A stretch of 63,319 nucleotides of DNA, filler included, from Basidiobolus ranarum (Eukaryota): assembly GCA_040143965.1 (NCBI GenBank). It is 11 parts of 11 records of this genome, joined end to end, with 100 filler letters (N's around TTAATTAATTAA, not from the genome) between each part and the next. Parts side by side here need not be neighbours in the genome. Positions count along the whole stretch, not along the records: positions 23,131 to 28,805 come from JASJQH010008405.1; positions 28,906 to 34,578 come from JASJQH010008406.1; positions 34,679 to 40,339 come from JASJQH010008407.1; 8 more parts are not named here. One strand, 5' to 3'. Shown here piece by piece: positions 24,430-36,814 of this stretch. The position numbers were made by a program, and so were the translations under genes. The stretch's first letter is position 1; every line of letters starts with the position of its first letter. A model generated the notes under the pieces. It did not search any database, had not been told where the DNA came from, and saw nothing but the letters and a program-made list of their open reading frames with translations.

Positions 24430-25550
24430 TGCTTTAGCTACAGGTTTGGTTCAATTGTCACCAATCATCTCTTCAGTAGGGCAACAGAGAAGCTCAATTG
24501 TATCATTCTCTATTGCTTCTCTAACAGAAGGAGGCCTAATATCTATATGCATTATTCTAGCATGAAATGTATGGTTTTTGGCTATTGAAATACAGCTTTG
24601 ATTATCATCAAATAGAGTAATAGCTCATTTTTGCATTTATCCTAGATCATTAAGTAACTACCTTAACAAGAGAGCTGTTAAAGTATTTGGGAGCCTGCTG
24701 GAAGTGGTTTGGAGGATTAGAGAAACTGGTGGTTTTCACTTATTGATTTAATGAGTAGAAAATCAACATTTAAAGTTTTGTCAGGATGTAAGCCAACTAA
24801 CATGTAGAATGTGTAAAGAAAGTAACAGGAACATGTGTGCAAAGTTAAGGACTTCCAGCACAAGTTTCAGAAAATCTATACATCTGAGAACTTCCAAGTT
24901 GGTAAAATATTCAAGTAAATTCTGAATGACAATAATGGATAAAATCTTGGTGAAATAAAAGATAATTAAGAACTGCGCTATTTGTGACTATACAGGTGTT
25001 TAAGCAATACAAATATCAACAATAGCTTCTTGCATCATAACAGAGGCTGCCATACACTCTTCTTCTGTAGTGGGAAGCACTACAATTTGGTGATTCCTTT
25101 AATTACAAGCTATGGCTCCAGTACTGTAGAGAAAAGTGTACCCAGTTGTTGATCTTCAAATATCAATGTTTTCTCCCTAGTCTGCATTACCGTAGTCTTC
25201 AAGTTTTTTGCCTCAGGAGTGCCAGTAAACTAGAACTAGATCTAGTGTTGCTCACAAATACTGGAATATTTGTTTTACTGCAGTTTTGTGCTCAAATCCT
25301 GGACTTTTGAGGTATTAGCTCACAGTTCCAACTGCACAGCAATATCTATACATGTTCCAACCATTTAATACATGTCAATACCCATTGTGGTTTGATAAGG
25401 GAACTTCTGGCATTGATTTGAGCCAATGTGAGCCCAATTGGATGATATGTTGATTTATTTTATATTGGGATCCATTGGTGGGCTTGCTATCCTCCTTGTT
25501 GAGGTGTTGTAGGATGTCCTGCATGTTTCTAGACTAATTCAGCATGGTCT
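24430..25550 (-). mobile_element. Copia RT C-terminus and RNase H, interrupted by a solo LTR
   Basis: Minus strand: FPYQTTMG, IAVQLEL/AVGTVS-like RT motifs, STTGYTFLYSTGAIACN, DDNQSCISIAKN and CPTEEMIGD. Confidence 0.85.
24676..25021 (-). repeat. Solo LTR, family 3 (about 345 bp), with a 5-bp TSD AGAGC/ATAGC
   Basis: TGTT...AACA termini; homologous copies at 36463-36810, 41559-41906 and 49294-49614. Confidence 0.88.
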
Positions 25551-25553
25551 TCT

Positions 25554-25904
25554 TGTGGATATTAGAGAAATAGCAACTCCTATTGATTAATTGCTTGATA
25601 CTTATTCTTATTACTTAGCACACAACTCTGACATTCAAAAACACATGTTTATTGCTCTAATTGATAGGAATATCAATTAGCCCACTTTAACCAATTTTCA
25701 GTATTTTCTCAAAACATCTCCAATTCATCTCAAATTTTCACCCATGCTTAACTTGCATGTTTTTTATGATCTAAGCACATCCAATAGTCCTATTTCATAG
25801 TGAACTACAAATAGGACATATTAAATTCAATTAAACTCAAGTGTCTAATTCACAAATCCAAATCTTGTCCAAAACACTTCCAAGGCCTCTCAAAACTTGT
25901 ATCA
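25554..25904 (+). repeat. Copia LTR family 2, 5' LTR
   Basis: TG...CA termini, immediately followed by a PBS. Confidence 0.8.
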
Positions 25905-25916
25905 GGTTATGAGCCC
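25905..25916 (+). promoter_or_regulatory. Primer-binding site complementary to the anticodon stem-loop of initiator tRNA-Met
   Basis: GGTTATGAGCCC directly after the LTR-terminal CA is the reverse complement of GGGCUCAUAACC in fungal tRNAiMet. A degenerate second copy lies at 26071-26082. Confidence 0.85.
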
Positions 25917-26109
25917 CTAGCTAGCTGTTAAAGGAATGTAAGCATGTCCAAAAGTTCTATCTCATAGTAAGCAATAAATGCGACATATTCCATCCAATAC
26001 AACCCAACTTTCTAATTTGCAAATCCAAATCTTGTCAAAGCACTTCCAAATCCCCTTGGCAATTTTTGCAGATTATGAGCTCCCAAGCTAGCTGTAAAAG
26101 AACATCTAC

Positions 26110-28805
26110 CAGCAATATTATCAATGTTTTTGCATCCACAAAGAAGCATGATGGTAAAGACTTCCATCTCTGAAAGTAGCACAGGCAGCCATACACTGTG
26201 CTTCTGTGATGGAAAGTGATATGGTTTGGTTGCTTCTTACTATTTCCAGTTGTGACTTCATTACCATAGTGAAAAGTGTACCAAACAGTGGTACTTCCAT
26301 CATCAAGGCTTCTTCTCCAATCCATATTGTTTTTACCTTTGCATTTGATACATTAGGAGTTCCAGAGTATTCCAGAACTTGATCTGCAGCTCATCTCAAA
26401 TACCTGTGTATTTGTTAAACTGCTGTTTTTTGCTCAGATCCTGGCTTTTTGAGGTATTTGCTCATAGTTCCTACTGCCACAGCAATGTTTGTACATGTTC
26501 CAACTATTGTATACCTTAAACTACCCATTATGGATTGATCAGGGACCTCCTGGCTTAGATTTGCATCATATTGGGCAAAATGAGGAGAGTTTGCTTAATT
26601 TTATATTGCTAAGCATTTGTGTTGACGTGGGCTTGCTATTATCCATGTTGGAGCATTTTGGAATGTTTAGAATATATCTGGACGGATTTAGAAACATAGT
26701 CTGTTTAGCTCTCTTAGTTTGGATACCTTGAAAATAATTTAATTCACCCATATTGGTCATTTGAAATTGGTTTGATAAGCTGGCTTTCATCTGATTAAGT
26801 GCTTTTGGCATATTTTGGGCTATGATCAAATTATTCACATACAGTCCCAAGATATGGATCCTATATCTGGTTATTTTGATGTAGATATGGTGATCTACTA
26901 CTCATATTTGGAATTCCTGTGGTTCAAAATAGGCATCTATTCTGTTGCATCATGCCCTGGGTGATTGCTTGAGTCCAATGTAGCAACTTTGGCAGCTCAT
27001 AGAACATATTGGAGTGTTTTGGGTCAAGAAATCCATCCAGTTGCTCCATATAGAACTCTTTTGCAAGATTTCCTTTCAAAAAGGCTATATTTACATCTGT
27101 TTGAAGTATATCAAGGTTATGGATGACTGAGAGTGCCTTGGTTGTTATACAGGAGTTGAATGAAGCTACCAAAGCAACTGTTTCATTAAAATTACCTCCT
27201 GCCGTCTGGGAATAGCAATTTGCCACTGGCCTTGCTTTATACCTTTCTATGGTTCCATCAGCTTAATATTTGTCTTTGTAGACCTGTTTATAACCTGTTA
27301 GCTTTTTCAATGATGGTACAGGACTCAAAACCCATGTTTTGTTGTCCTGAAGTGAAGAAAACTCATTAGACATTTATTTGCCATGTTTCTGATTCAGGAC
27401 ACTCCAGAGCTTGATCCATGGTCTGTGGCTTGTCACAGAGTGCTGCATAAGCATAGACATCATCACTCCAAGTGAGTCACCAGCTCCCAAGGTTTATTTC
27501 TTCTTCTGCTTTCCAGACAAAATATGGTGATTTGAGGCAAAAAATTTGCTTTTTCATCAAATTGCATCTCTGAACTTGTTAACTTCTGTTCTTTGGTATC
27601 AAACAGTCTGTAGGACCTGATCCATCTCAGTAGCCAAGAAATATGTATTTACTGCATATGGGCTCCACTTGGAATGCTTTTGAGCTGGAATCAGGAAAAT
27701 GCTGCACAACCAAGGATCCCAAGATGAATATTCTTGGTTTTGATCCATGCAGAGTTTCAAATGGAGTGGAGTTTTGTAGCAATCTTGTTGGGCTTCTGCT
27801 TTTAATATAAACAGTAGTGGAGACAGATTCATGCAATATTGGTAATCTAACTTTTGTTCATCTAACATTGATTTTGCCAGCTCCACTACGGTCCTTCTAG
27901 CATCAGCAGGAACTCCATTCTGCTATGGAGTAGAAGGTTCAGTAGCTTGTTGCTTGGTTCCATGTTTTGTTCATAAACTTGTAATATCTTTAGAGTAGTA
28001 TTCTTCACCATTATCAGTCTGTGTTATGCTTTTTTGTGATGACTCTTTCTCTACCATTGCTTTGTATTGCTTGAACATATCTAAGGCATCACACTTTGTT
28101 TTGAGATAGAATTCCTCAGTTTGTCTTGCTTTGTCATCAATAAAGTTTATAAGTTACCATTTGCCAACTGGTGAGAAGTTTTTTCATGAGCCCACATAGA
28201 CCAGAATCAATCAGGGCAAATTTCTGAGTGGATTCTTGGTCCCAAGAGTTTGAAAACAGCTGTCTGTAGTGTTATACACATGTTTAACCTTGGCACAGAT
28301 TCATATTTGTAAAAGTTTCAATCTTTAGGCCTGAAACTAGCAGATTTCATCTAATTTGGTCAGGTTTTGCTCACCAAGTGGCCTGATCAACTATTCAATA
28401 TTTGACAGCTTAGCTCACTGGTTTTGGAAAGCTTGCATACTTAGAATGCATCTTAGTGATATCTAGCTTGTTTAAGTTTAAAACATTGATCCGAGTATCT
28501 TGGTATTATCAGTGTATATCAAGTGCATGTGGTGATGTTGATCATAAGCCACAGTATCTGCACAGTTGCTTACTCAGTAACAGCAAAAATTTGGCTCTAT
28601 TTGGAACCTAAAGTGCATCATCAATTTTTCAATGTGCAGTAGACATATTTTAGTCAAAATTGGGCACAATTGTAGCAATATCAGTGGCAACTTGTGTATA
28701 ATCATTTACAAACTAAACTTCCCTTGTTTGTATTGGTTTATGACTGGGAGACCTACTTCTTTTTGACATATGCTGAGAAGCCCATGATTCAATGTACAAC
28801 ATTTC
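26110..28805 (-). mobile_element. Degenerate near-complete copia pol (protease, integrase, RT, RNase H)
   Basis: YIESWASQHMSK; GHLVSK; TEPSTP*QNGV; YSQTAGGNFNET; DILQTDVNIAFLKGNL; LGLYVNNLII; DWRRSLDDGSTT; SKKQP. Confidence 0.92.
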
Positions 28806-28905
28806 NNNNNNNNNNNNNNNNNNNNNNNNNNNNNNNNNNNNNNNNNNNNTTAATTAATTAANNNNNNNNNNNNNNNNNNNNNNNNNNNNNNNNNNNNNNN
28901 NNNNN

Positions 28906-30025
28906 TTGTAGTATATTCTCTTGACGCATTTGACTTTCCTAACTCTCCAGCAAACAGACACAGTCAGAAGCTGGCTTCCCACGTGTCATATTTCAATGTT
29001 GGTGTGTGCGATGAACGTAAAACAGTAGTGTACATGAAATTCCGCGGACTCAAATCATTCTTTAAAGTACTGGAGCCAGTTTCACTCTATCAGGGACGGA
29101 AGAAAACTGAGGGCAAGCTTCTTTGTCAGAGAAATGGATTCGCTCTGAAATTAATGACGGTACAGTGTTAGAGATTTGGAATTGCACTTTCGAAGTTGAA
29201 ATAAATGAATCTCGAAACTTTTGGTTAGGAGTTTTATGTAGGCACTCAATCGAAATCGGTAAAATTCTTAAAGAAGCGATTATACGTCGTAACCAACCAC
29301 TCGTTTGAAATAGTCAACCTTGACACACTGCACACCAGCAACAGTAGGTGTATGGTATCGAGCCTTCATTGAATTTCAAATACTAATTCCCCTAAAGGCA
29401 TTCCAGATGTAAATGATGGAACCAGGTACGATTTCCTGGATAAGCGCGAAGGGTGTCGACCAGTGGCAATGTTTCGAACCAATCAAGAAGAGTATCTTGT
29501 CTGTTACAATGGTACGCCATCTAGATGATTAGGAAGCGTACTTGTACAATTTGTATAATGAAGAATTCACCAATTTGGTAATCTATATAGAGGTGGCTTT
29601 CTATGTTAGTAACTCTGGGAAAAGGTCGAGACCGGACTTTTTGATGGAATGGGAAGGTCGACCTACTGATATTGGTACACTTGATGATATATTGAGAAAC
29701 AATGAATATTTCAGTTGCTGACTTGGAAATATCTATTATTTGTTGGTATTTAGCACTTTATTACCCATATGTCGTTGCTTTTGACCCGTCTTTCATCGAG
29801 ATTCGGCATGTGGAGACGGGATCCCTCGAACAAGTCATCGTTTGTAATGGCTTGAAGTGCTTAAGCAATGGTGAAAACACTGGGGTTATTTATTGCGTAA
29901 TGAGGCCTAAGCATGCAACGCACCAATGTGTATTTCAACTGGACCTTCCCTCCTGGCAAACTTCACCATTTAGGAATAGTGAAGTATTCGATAGTTATAT
30001 GTTGAAAATATATGATACGCCCTGA
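28906..30025 (+). CDS. CNH-domain protein C-terminus (Rom1/Rom2/Tus1-type Rho-GEF-like), 5' truncated, at least 5 exons
   Basis: Spliced KLASHVSYFNVGVC..VVYMK..FKVLEP, EFYVG, FEIVNLDTL, RPVAMFR, EYLVCYN, MEWEGRP and YPYVVAFDPSFIEIRHVETGSLEQVI. Confidence 0.85.
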
Positions 30026-30764
30026 AAAGGATTGACCAGGAAGCTAGGTAAACAGTGGTATTACTTCGCTAGTCAGGTTCAGATAATGAACATTTCCTAT
30101 ATATTTGACATCGTTATTATTCTAGAAACTGGAAACCCCTTTAAGACATTAAACCACGAAACAGCTAAAGAAAGCAGAGGTTTCTACCGAAGAGGAGGGG
30201 GATGATCACTCGTAGGGACATCTCTAGAGAACCTTGACGATCACACACCATTAATTAATGGAGCTTGTCAGATAAGCGGCCAGAATACCATGGGCTAGAA
30301 ACACTCAGTATTGGACCATTGATCATCATCATCATCATGCCCTATGATAAATGTAAAAGAATTAGCGAACATCTTCGTTCTGTAGTTGTTTTCTTCTTTC
30401 TATATCACTGCACCTTGCAACTTGAGAACACCTTACGTTGTACATCATTGTGTCCCTTTGCATTCTTGGGTGAATAAACCTTGCCACTTCCAGTAAGAAC
30501 CAACTTGTTCCGATGATTAATTCCTACCAAAAAAATTCATTCACTGCCAGGATATACAATTCACTAGTAAACCATATATTTATTGGATAAATTGAATAGA
30601 CAATAGAGATAAGAAGCTAGATATCGTTGAGTTACGCAAACATAAAAGAATCTGAAATATACACGTAGCTAAAGCGGAATAAGGATGGCAAGTAAGAACA
30701 TTTGAAAACGTCAAAATATTTATCTTCGTTGTTAACAATAAACAGTACATGTTAAACTACTGCT

Positions 30765-31470
30765 TCATTTAAATGATTCATTTTCATATTCCCCATCAAA
30801 GTTTTTGTCCAACTCCTCACGGTCGATACTGAGGTAGTTACGGTGAAGGGAAATTTGACGATAATAGGACCAGACAGCAAGAGAATAATGGAGCTAAAGA
30901 AAGCAAGTATTAGTAAATTTTTTTAACGAACTAGTATTCTCGATCTATCACTTACCCTGACGACCAAAGATAGACCAAGAGCAACTACCACGGTGAGGGC
31001 AGCATTCGCGTAAAATTGGTGGCATGTAGCAGGGTCAAGTTCAGCTTCAGGGGAATTCAAAAACTCGTCACATATAGCGTCTTCCATTTTAAAGGCCAGT
31101 ATACTAAAAGCGATGGTGGAAATAAAACCAAAAACAAGATCAACCCAATAGTACACGGCGAAGGTACGGATCATCTTGATATTATCTTTCCAAACACCAT
31201 AGGCACCAGCTGCGCAAATTACACCAGTAAAATAGGAACAGGCTACTGCGAAATTGTGTATGAAAGGGGAGTTATTTGGCATGGCAGAGTAAACGAGTGC
31301 ATTATAGAAATGACTGATCTGAATTAAAGAAAAGAAGGTCAGTTGTAGTGTTTGTGGTGTGCTTACTTCCAACCTATATTTACCGTTCCTAAAACGGAAA
31401 GAATCAAAGTAGCAGTTCGAAGGTTAATACAAAAACAACAAGAGCTAACTGTTGGGATTTTAGGACTCAT
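30765..31470 (-). CDS. Four-TM membrane protein (LAPTM/tetraspanin-like fungal family); exons 31470-31384, 31318-30956, 30893-30765
   Basis: N-terminal SCCFCINLRTATLIL, four hydrophobic helices, a Cys pair in the large loop and LHYSLAVWSYY. Introns in phase. Confidence 0.8.
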
Positions 31471-32270
31471 AATAAACTGACAATTAAAGTTGCTGAAGTA
31501 AAATTAAAGAAAGATTAAGTAGTCACAAGTATTGAGCCTTGCAAGTGATGTTAGCAGATGATCTGTCTTTATATAAGATCGTTGATAGGTCTTCGTTCTT
31601 GTACGCCCATATTGATGGTGACAGTAATGCTTGGCTGAATTTTTAGATTATTTATAAATCATGTGAATTTGATTGTTAGCCATACTTTATTCAAGAAAAA
31701 TATGCTAATAATAGCGACAGGTACCAAATCATTGTCATTGAAGTGAAATCCACAGCTACATATCCACCAATTCAGCAACAACATAATACTGGAAATGGTT
31801 ACACGCTAGAGCCTTGCTAGAATAATGACCATACAACTCTGCTGCGTATTTGGAAAATCTAGGCCATTGATATCTGAAGGATGGGGATATTTAATAACAT
31901 ATTTTAAATTGACCCTACTAATGGCCTCCAGTCAGTCGTATTGCTAGGATATTTAAATTAAATGACTCAGGATTCGCGAATGACTGCCTTCAGCCAGAAC
32001 AATCTTGTCCGACAGGTGACCCGTTTTGCTTTAACAGCTACTTGCTTGCGGATTTCATTTACAATTGACTGAATAGTGAAACAGGCAATGTGGTTGAACG
32101 CAGGTATTTGATGGATTTACTGAAACCGAGTACAGTTTACCATACATACGCACCTTGTGATTGTCAACCAAAGCATATTATTTCGCTTCTAGTCTTGTAA
32201 TATCCGGGATTGCATAACAAGTGTTTGCTCAGAGCAGTATGTGTATCTCATGCATTGAAAATTGGATGTT

Positions 32271-33220
32271 TTATGGAAAAAATTGAACCGATCCTCTAGC
32301 TCGCTTTAATTGCCTATTAAACATCCTGTACTGCGTAAACACACTTACTCCGAATAAAACTAATAACGCACCCAATAACAAGTAGACTTTAGCAGTAGTG
32401 TGATAAAAATGTGTGGATTCTCCACTCACAAAGGCCACGATGTGTTTCAAAAGACCAGTCTTAATAAAATAATCTAAACCTACAATGATATTGTAGGTTC
32501 CGCTCAAAGAAGTACTTAAGATGATCACATGATGCTCAGAGAAAATTCCCAATGCGATCCCTAGGAACACCAGAATACCAATGAAAATCCCTCTTCCAAT
32601 CTCGTTTTGAATGAGTAGGCCATCACCAAATGAAAGAATGACCATCGCCAATGTAAAGCCACCTAGGCCCCCTATAGCTGCAACAAAGACCATCCCGAAG
32701 AATGCAAAGATACTTGCTATGATAACACCACTGCCAATGCATATCAGAGCGAATTGAACTTGATTATTGAGGTAGAATCCCTGAGAAAGTAAGATTATAT
32801 AGCAGATGATAGCTAATACAAAGTAGTTGAGCTATTATTTGTGATGAAAAGTCACAGAGAGGAAATTTACCCCCAACCATAAAACCAGTTATAAACAAGG
32901 TGATAGACAACCATTTGCGTCCGAAGAAGCAAAGCATAAGTCCAAGTACTATAAAAAAAACAGCCAATACTGCCACAACTGGGCGGATATCCTCCCCTTT
33001 AAAGGAAACTGTGTTAAAGAAGCTATTTATGTGAATGTTCAAACTATATCTCACCCAAGCGATTGCTCGTAGAAGCTGTTCCTACTGCTTGAGCTTGAGC
33101 CCCGACACTGAGAAATAATAAAACTGCATAACGTATATATTTGTTCAGAAAGTGAAGACCGACGATAGTCAGAAAACGACTCGAGTGAATTCGTAGATTT
33201 GTAATATCAGAGGAAATCAT
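32271..33220 (-). CDS. DUF4203 (TM7SF3/TMEM198-like) multi-pass membrane protein, 3 exons
   Basis: LGLMLCFFGRKWLSITLFITGF, AAIGGLGGFTLA and ILSTSLSGTYNIIVGLDYF. The intron at 32870-32813 restores the frame. The start codon is uncertain. Confidence 0.85.
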
Positions 33221-33640
33221 TGAAAACACTCCGATTAAAAGATACAATGATGCTTGCTTTTCCTTTAAATGTCTCTTTGATTTGCTATCTCGTAGACTTT
33301 ACTCCCATTCACGTTAGTACCTAATTAGCGCATAGCACTCCTTGCCCCTTGAGCTGAACTATGCTGTCAATTTCGTAATGATTTCAAGCAAACCCTGTAG
33401 GGACTCGATTGGTTTGAATAAACATGAAAATCTTTATGTTTTTATTAAACGCAGGCTACTGTCAAATAGGTAGCCTATGTCATGGAGAAGCGTAGGCGAG
33501 CTAAACCCTCAGTCTGCCAAATGATGATAAGGATCTATGGTACATCACAAGAGATATCATTCAGAATACGTGCACCCTCCCAAAACTCTTTGCTGTGTGT
33601 CCTGCAGAATAGTGCACAACCAGGGGACATGTACTGTAAT

Positions 33641-34163
33641 CTAAACAATTCGAGTGTTTCTATTCTTCTTCTTTTCAGGCTTAACAGCTGACAATCGGAC
33701 TGGTTGAAGATCAACAGCTTCGGCTACGACTTTGGTTGAAGTGGGCTCTACCTTCTGTCCTGTGGCTAGAATTTCGCGTCTAGTAAGCACCATACGATAT
33801 ACGAAATAGACTTCACAGAGGCACTGTCAACTGACTCAGTATGGCTGATCCTTAATGCATATGAAATTAATGTACATACCATGAGAGGTGTCGTATAGCT
33901 GTCAAGCTCCTCATTGTAGAATGCATATCCACTTATCTTCATCATACGACTAACTATGGAAGGAATAATCAAAATAGTAGCAGTGCGCAAAAAATCGGGA
34001 TTACGCTAAATTTGAAGCAATGACGATGTTTAACGAAATATCAAAATAATATGGGATTTGTGATATAATTGTGACTTACCTTAGACAGCCCGAAAACCCC
34101 CAAGATCGGACTGAGCATATTGAAGAAATTGGTCATGAAAGTGATGACTGCTGGAGAAAACAT
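33641..34163 (-). CDS. Small hypothetical membrane protein (about 130 aa); exons 34163-34080, 34005-33880, 33823-33641
   Basis: Two phase-0 introns (GTAAGT..TAG and GTATGT..CAG) join into an open frame MFSPAVITFMTNFFNMLSPILGVFGLSKRNPDFLRTATILIIPSIV...CEVYFVYRMV with a basic tail. Confidence 0.6.
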
Positions 34164-34678
34164 GGCTTCGAAAGTTGCTTGATAGAAGTATGCAATGAGT
34201 AGACTGTGAGGGATGGTCTCTTATATTGGGATTTTGAATCCACCTCTACTCTCAAATGCACCAGTTGGTCAGACTACACGAAAATGTTTGTGTAATGAGA
34301 AGTTTCTCCACACATGCTTGGGTCACGTGAATGAGGAATTTACCACCAATAACTTAATTGTAGTCAAATTTCGCCATGATTGAGCCTGTGGAAGCACTAT
34401 TTGGAGATAGTCCAGAGTTACCATTGGTAAGTAATGCGCTTTAGCACATTTTTGGTCAAAAGCCACAAATTAGGGTATTACTTAGATTATATCTTGGTTG
34501 CCTCATCAAATAAAGGAAGCCATGATTAGAGTAACTTCGGAGTAGTGGTGGAAGAATAGCTTCTTTATTCGCGTGACCNNNNNNNNNNNNNNNNNNNNNN
34601 NNNNNNNNNNNNNNNNNNNNNNTTAATTAATTAANNNNNNNNNNNNNNNNNNNNNNNNNNNNNNNNNNNNNNNNNNNN

Positions 34679-36010
34679 CATTGGCTCTGGATGGTTTCTC
34701 AATCAACAACAATACCATTGGAAAGGCTTGCTGGCCAATAGTTTTAATTAACTTAAATCTTCCCCCTACTGACTAACATAAAAGTCATAATATTTTCATA
34801 CTTTCCATCATATCTAGGACTAAATCATCAATGCTTATAGACAATTTCTTGGAGCCTATGATTGTGGAATTTCAAAAGTTCTCTAATGGGGCTGAGATGG
34901 GTGAATATTTTTTTAAAGCTAATATCCTTATATATATTGGTGACACTTCTACTATCAGTAAAGTTTGAGGTTTTTGTGGGCACAATGCACTATCTTGAAG
35001 TAGATTGGGTCAAGTCAATGAAGTTTACTACTACAGGCATACATATTACTGCTATCCAAGTTCAACACTAGACTTCATGATTCTACCATCAAGTGCCTGG
35101 TCAGATTTTGACATGCTCACTGATATTAATTCACCAAATAGTCAGTTTAACATCAGACATGGTATTTGCTATAAGCCTAAGATTATATTGCTAAATGGAA
35201 TCTGTCGGAGTCTGAGCTTCCCATTAGGCACTACGCACTTGCTATTCAATAACATTCCAATACTTGCTATTCAGCTATGTAGTGGAATATCCAAAATGAA
35301 TGAGGCAGTTGAGACATGATCAAAGTCTGAATCAATTGTGAAAAAGCATGAAAATGTCAAGATACCAATGTATTTTACCAGGACTCACATTGATATCCAC
35401 TCATCTAGGTGTTTATTCAAATTCAAAAACCATAAGTATTGGATTTGGATATTTTATAGTGAAATCTGGAAAGGATTTCTGCCTGATAAGTATTGGCAAC
35501 ATTGGGAGTTGCTTGTGGATATTGTTAATATATGCTTACAGTATTGACTCACACTGGCAGATCTCAGATAGATACAGCCACTGTGCAAAGATGTTGTAAT
35601 TAGATATGAAAATTAATTACAGGTTTAAAGAAGAAAGACCAAATCAATGCTGGCATTTGATAGACACCCTGCTGCATCCTTCACAATACTTAAACATTAG
35701 AGGCCCAGGCTATACATTCTGCAAGTTTACAATGGAGCCCACCTGTGATGAAAATATGCTCCATGTGAAATGGTCAGCATTACCATAAGCTAATTAGATC
35801 ATCAAAGTAACAGCAAAATCAGTGATGGAAATCATGCAATGGGTGAAGGAGATTCCAGAGTATATTAACCTTTGAACAAAGGGCTCTTTTCAATGGGCTC
35901 ATGGGTTATGCATTGTTCAAGCTTAATAACAGCAACAAAACTCAATTTATGGACTCAGAGTAAGTGCCTTGATTAACCTGACTAATTCATTTGTGTAATC
36001 AACTGATATC
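34679..36010 (+). mobile_element. CACTA/EnSpm-like (Transposase_21/tnp2) degenerate transposase, copy A
   Basis: LALDGFS...CWPIVLINLNLPP; FLEPMIVEF; YWQHWELLVDIV; LLHPSQYL..GPGYTFCKFTME. Confidence 0.85.
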
Positions 36011-36029
36011 TGCCAGATAGCTGGAATAA

Positions 36030-36430
36030 TGTTGATTCAGTAATGTTAATTCAATGCTTTGATGGAGATATTTATATAAACTTGTGGTGATATGAGCTAG
36101 ATCTTGGGTATAACAAACTCTATAAAAATATTCAGGAGAATGTATCAAAGAAACTAGGAATTTCAAAGGTGACAAGTGAACATTCAAGTGGTAAATGTGG
36201 AAAATTTGAAGTACATTTCTTGCACATGTGTTGATCCAAATTTCTTTGAGATTGTAGCCAATCATGTGCAACTATTTTGCAAGATCTTGAAACTTCACTC
36301 CTGAAACAGAAAAAAATGATTAAAATCAAATTTAAGATGACAATTTTATGCTGATAAGCAAATATTCCATCCAAAACGGATTAATATTGTGACTGTTTTC
36401 CTTCAATAACAATCCTTAAATTTTGGTTAG
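36030..36430 (-). repeat. Unclassified repeat with a conserved CTAAC(A/C)RAAATTTRA end
   Basis: Reverse-complement homolog of 39982-40339; the same terminus occurs at 22587. Confidence 0.65.
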
Positions 36431-36462
36431 AGCTCAAGTGTTGTGAATTTGGGCTCAAAACC

Positions 36463-36810
36463 AGTCAAAGTATTTGGGAGCCTGTTGGAATTGGTTTGGA
36501 TGTTTAGAGAAATTTGTGGTTTTCATTTTTTAATTTAATGTGTAGAAAGTTGACATATATAGTTTTGACAAGATGTAAGCAAGCCAATATATAGAATGTA
36601 TTAAGGAAGGCCCCAGGATAGTGTGTGCAAAGTTTGAGGCTTCTAGCACAAGCTTGAAAGATCTGTATATCTAAGAACTTCCAAATTGGTAAAAATATTT
36701 CAAGTAAGTTCCAATAGAGAATAATGGATAAAATCTTAGTGAAATGTAAGATAGCTAATTACTAAGCTATAAATGACTATATAGGTGCTTAGGCAATGTA
36801 AATTTTAGCA
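36463..36810 (-). repeat. Solo LTR, family 3, TSD AAACC/AAAGC
   Basis: Aligns end to end with 24676-25021. Confidence 0.85.
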
Positions 36811-36814
36811 AAAG

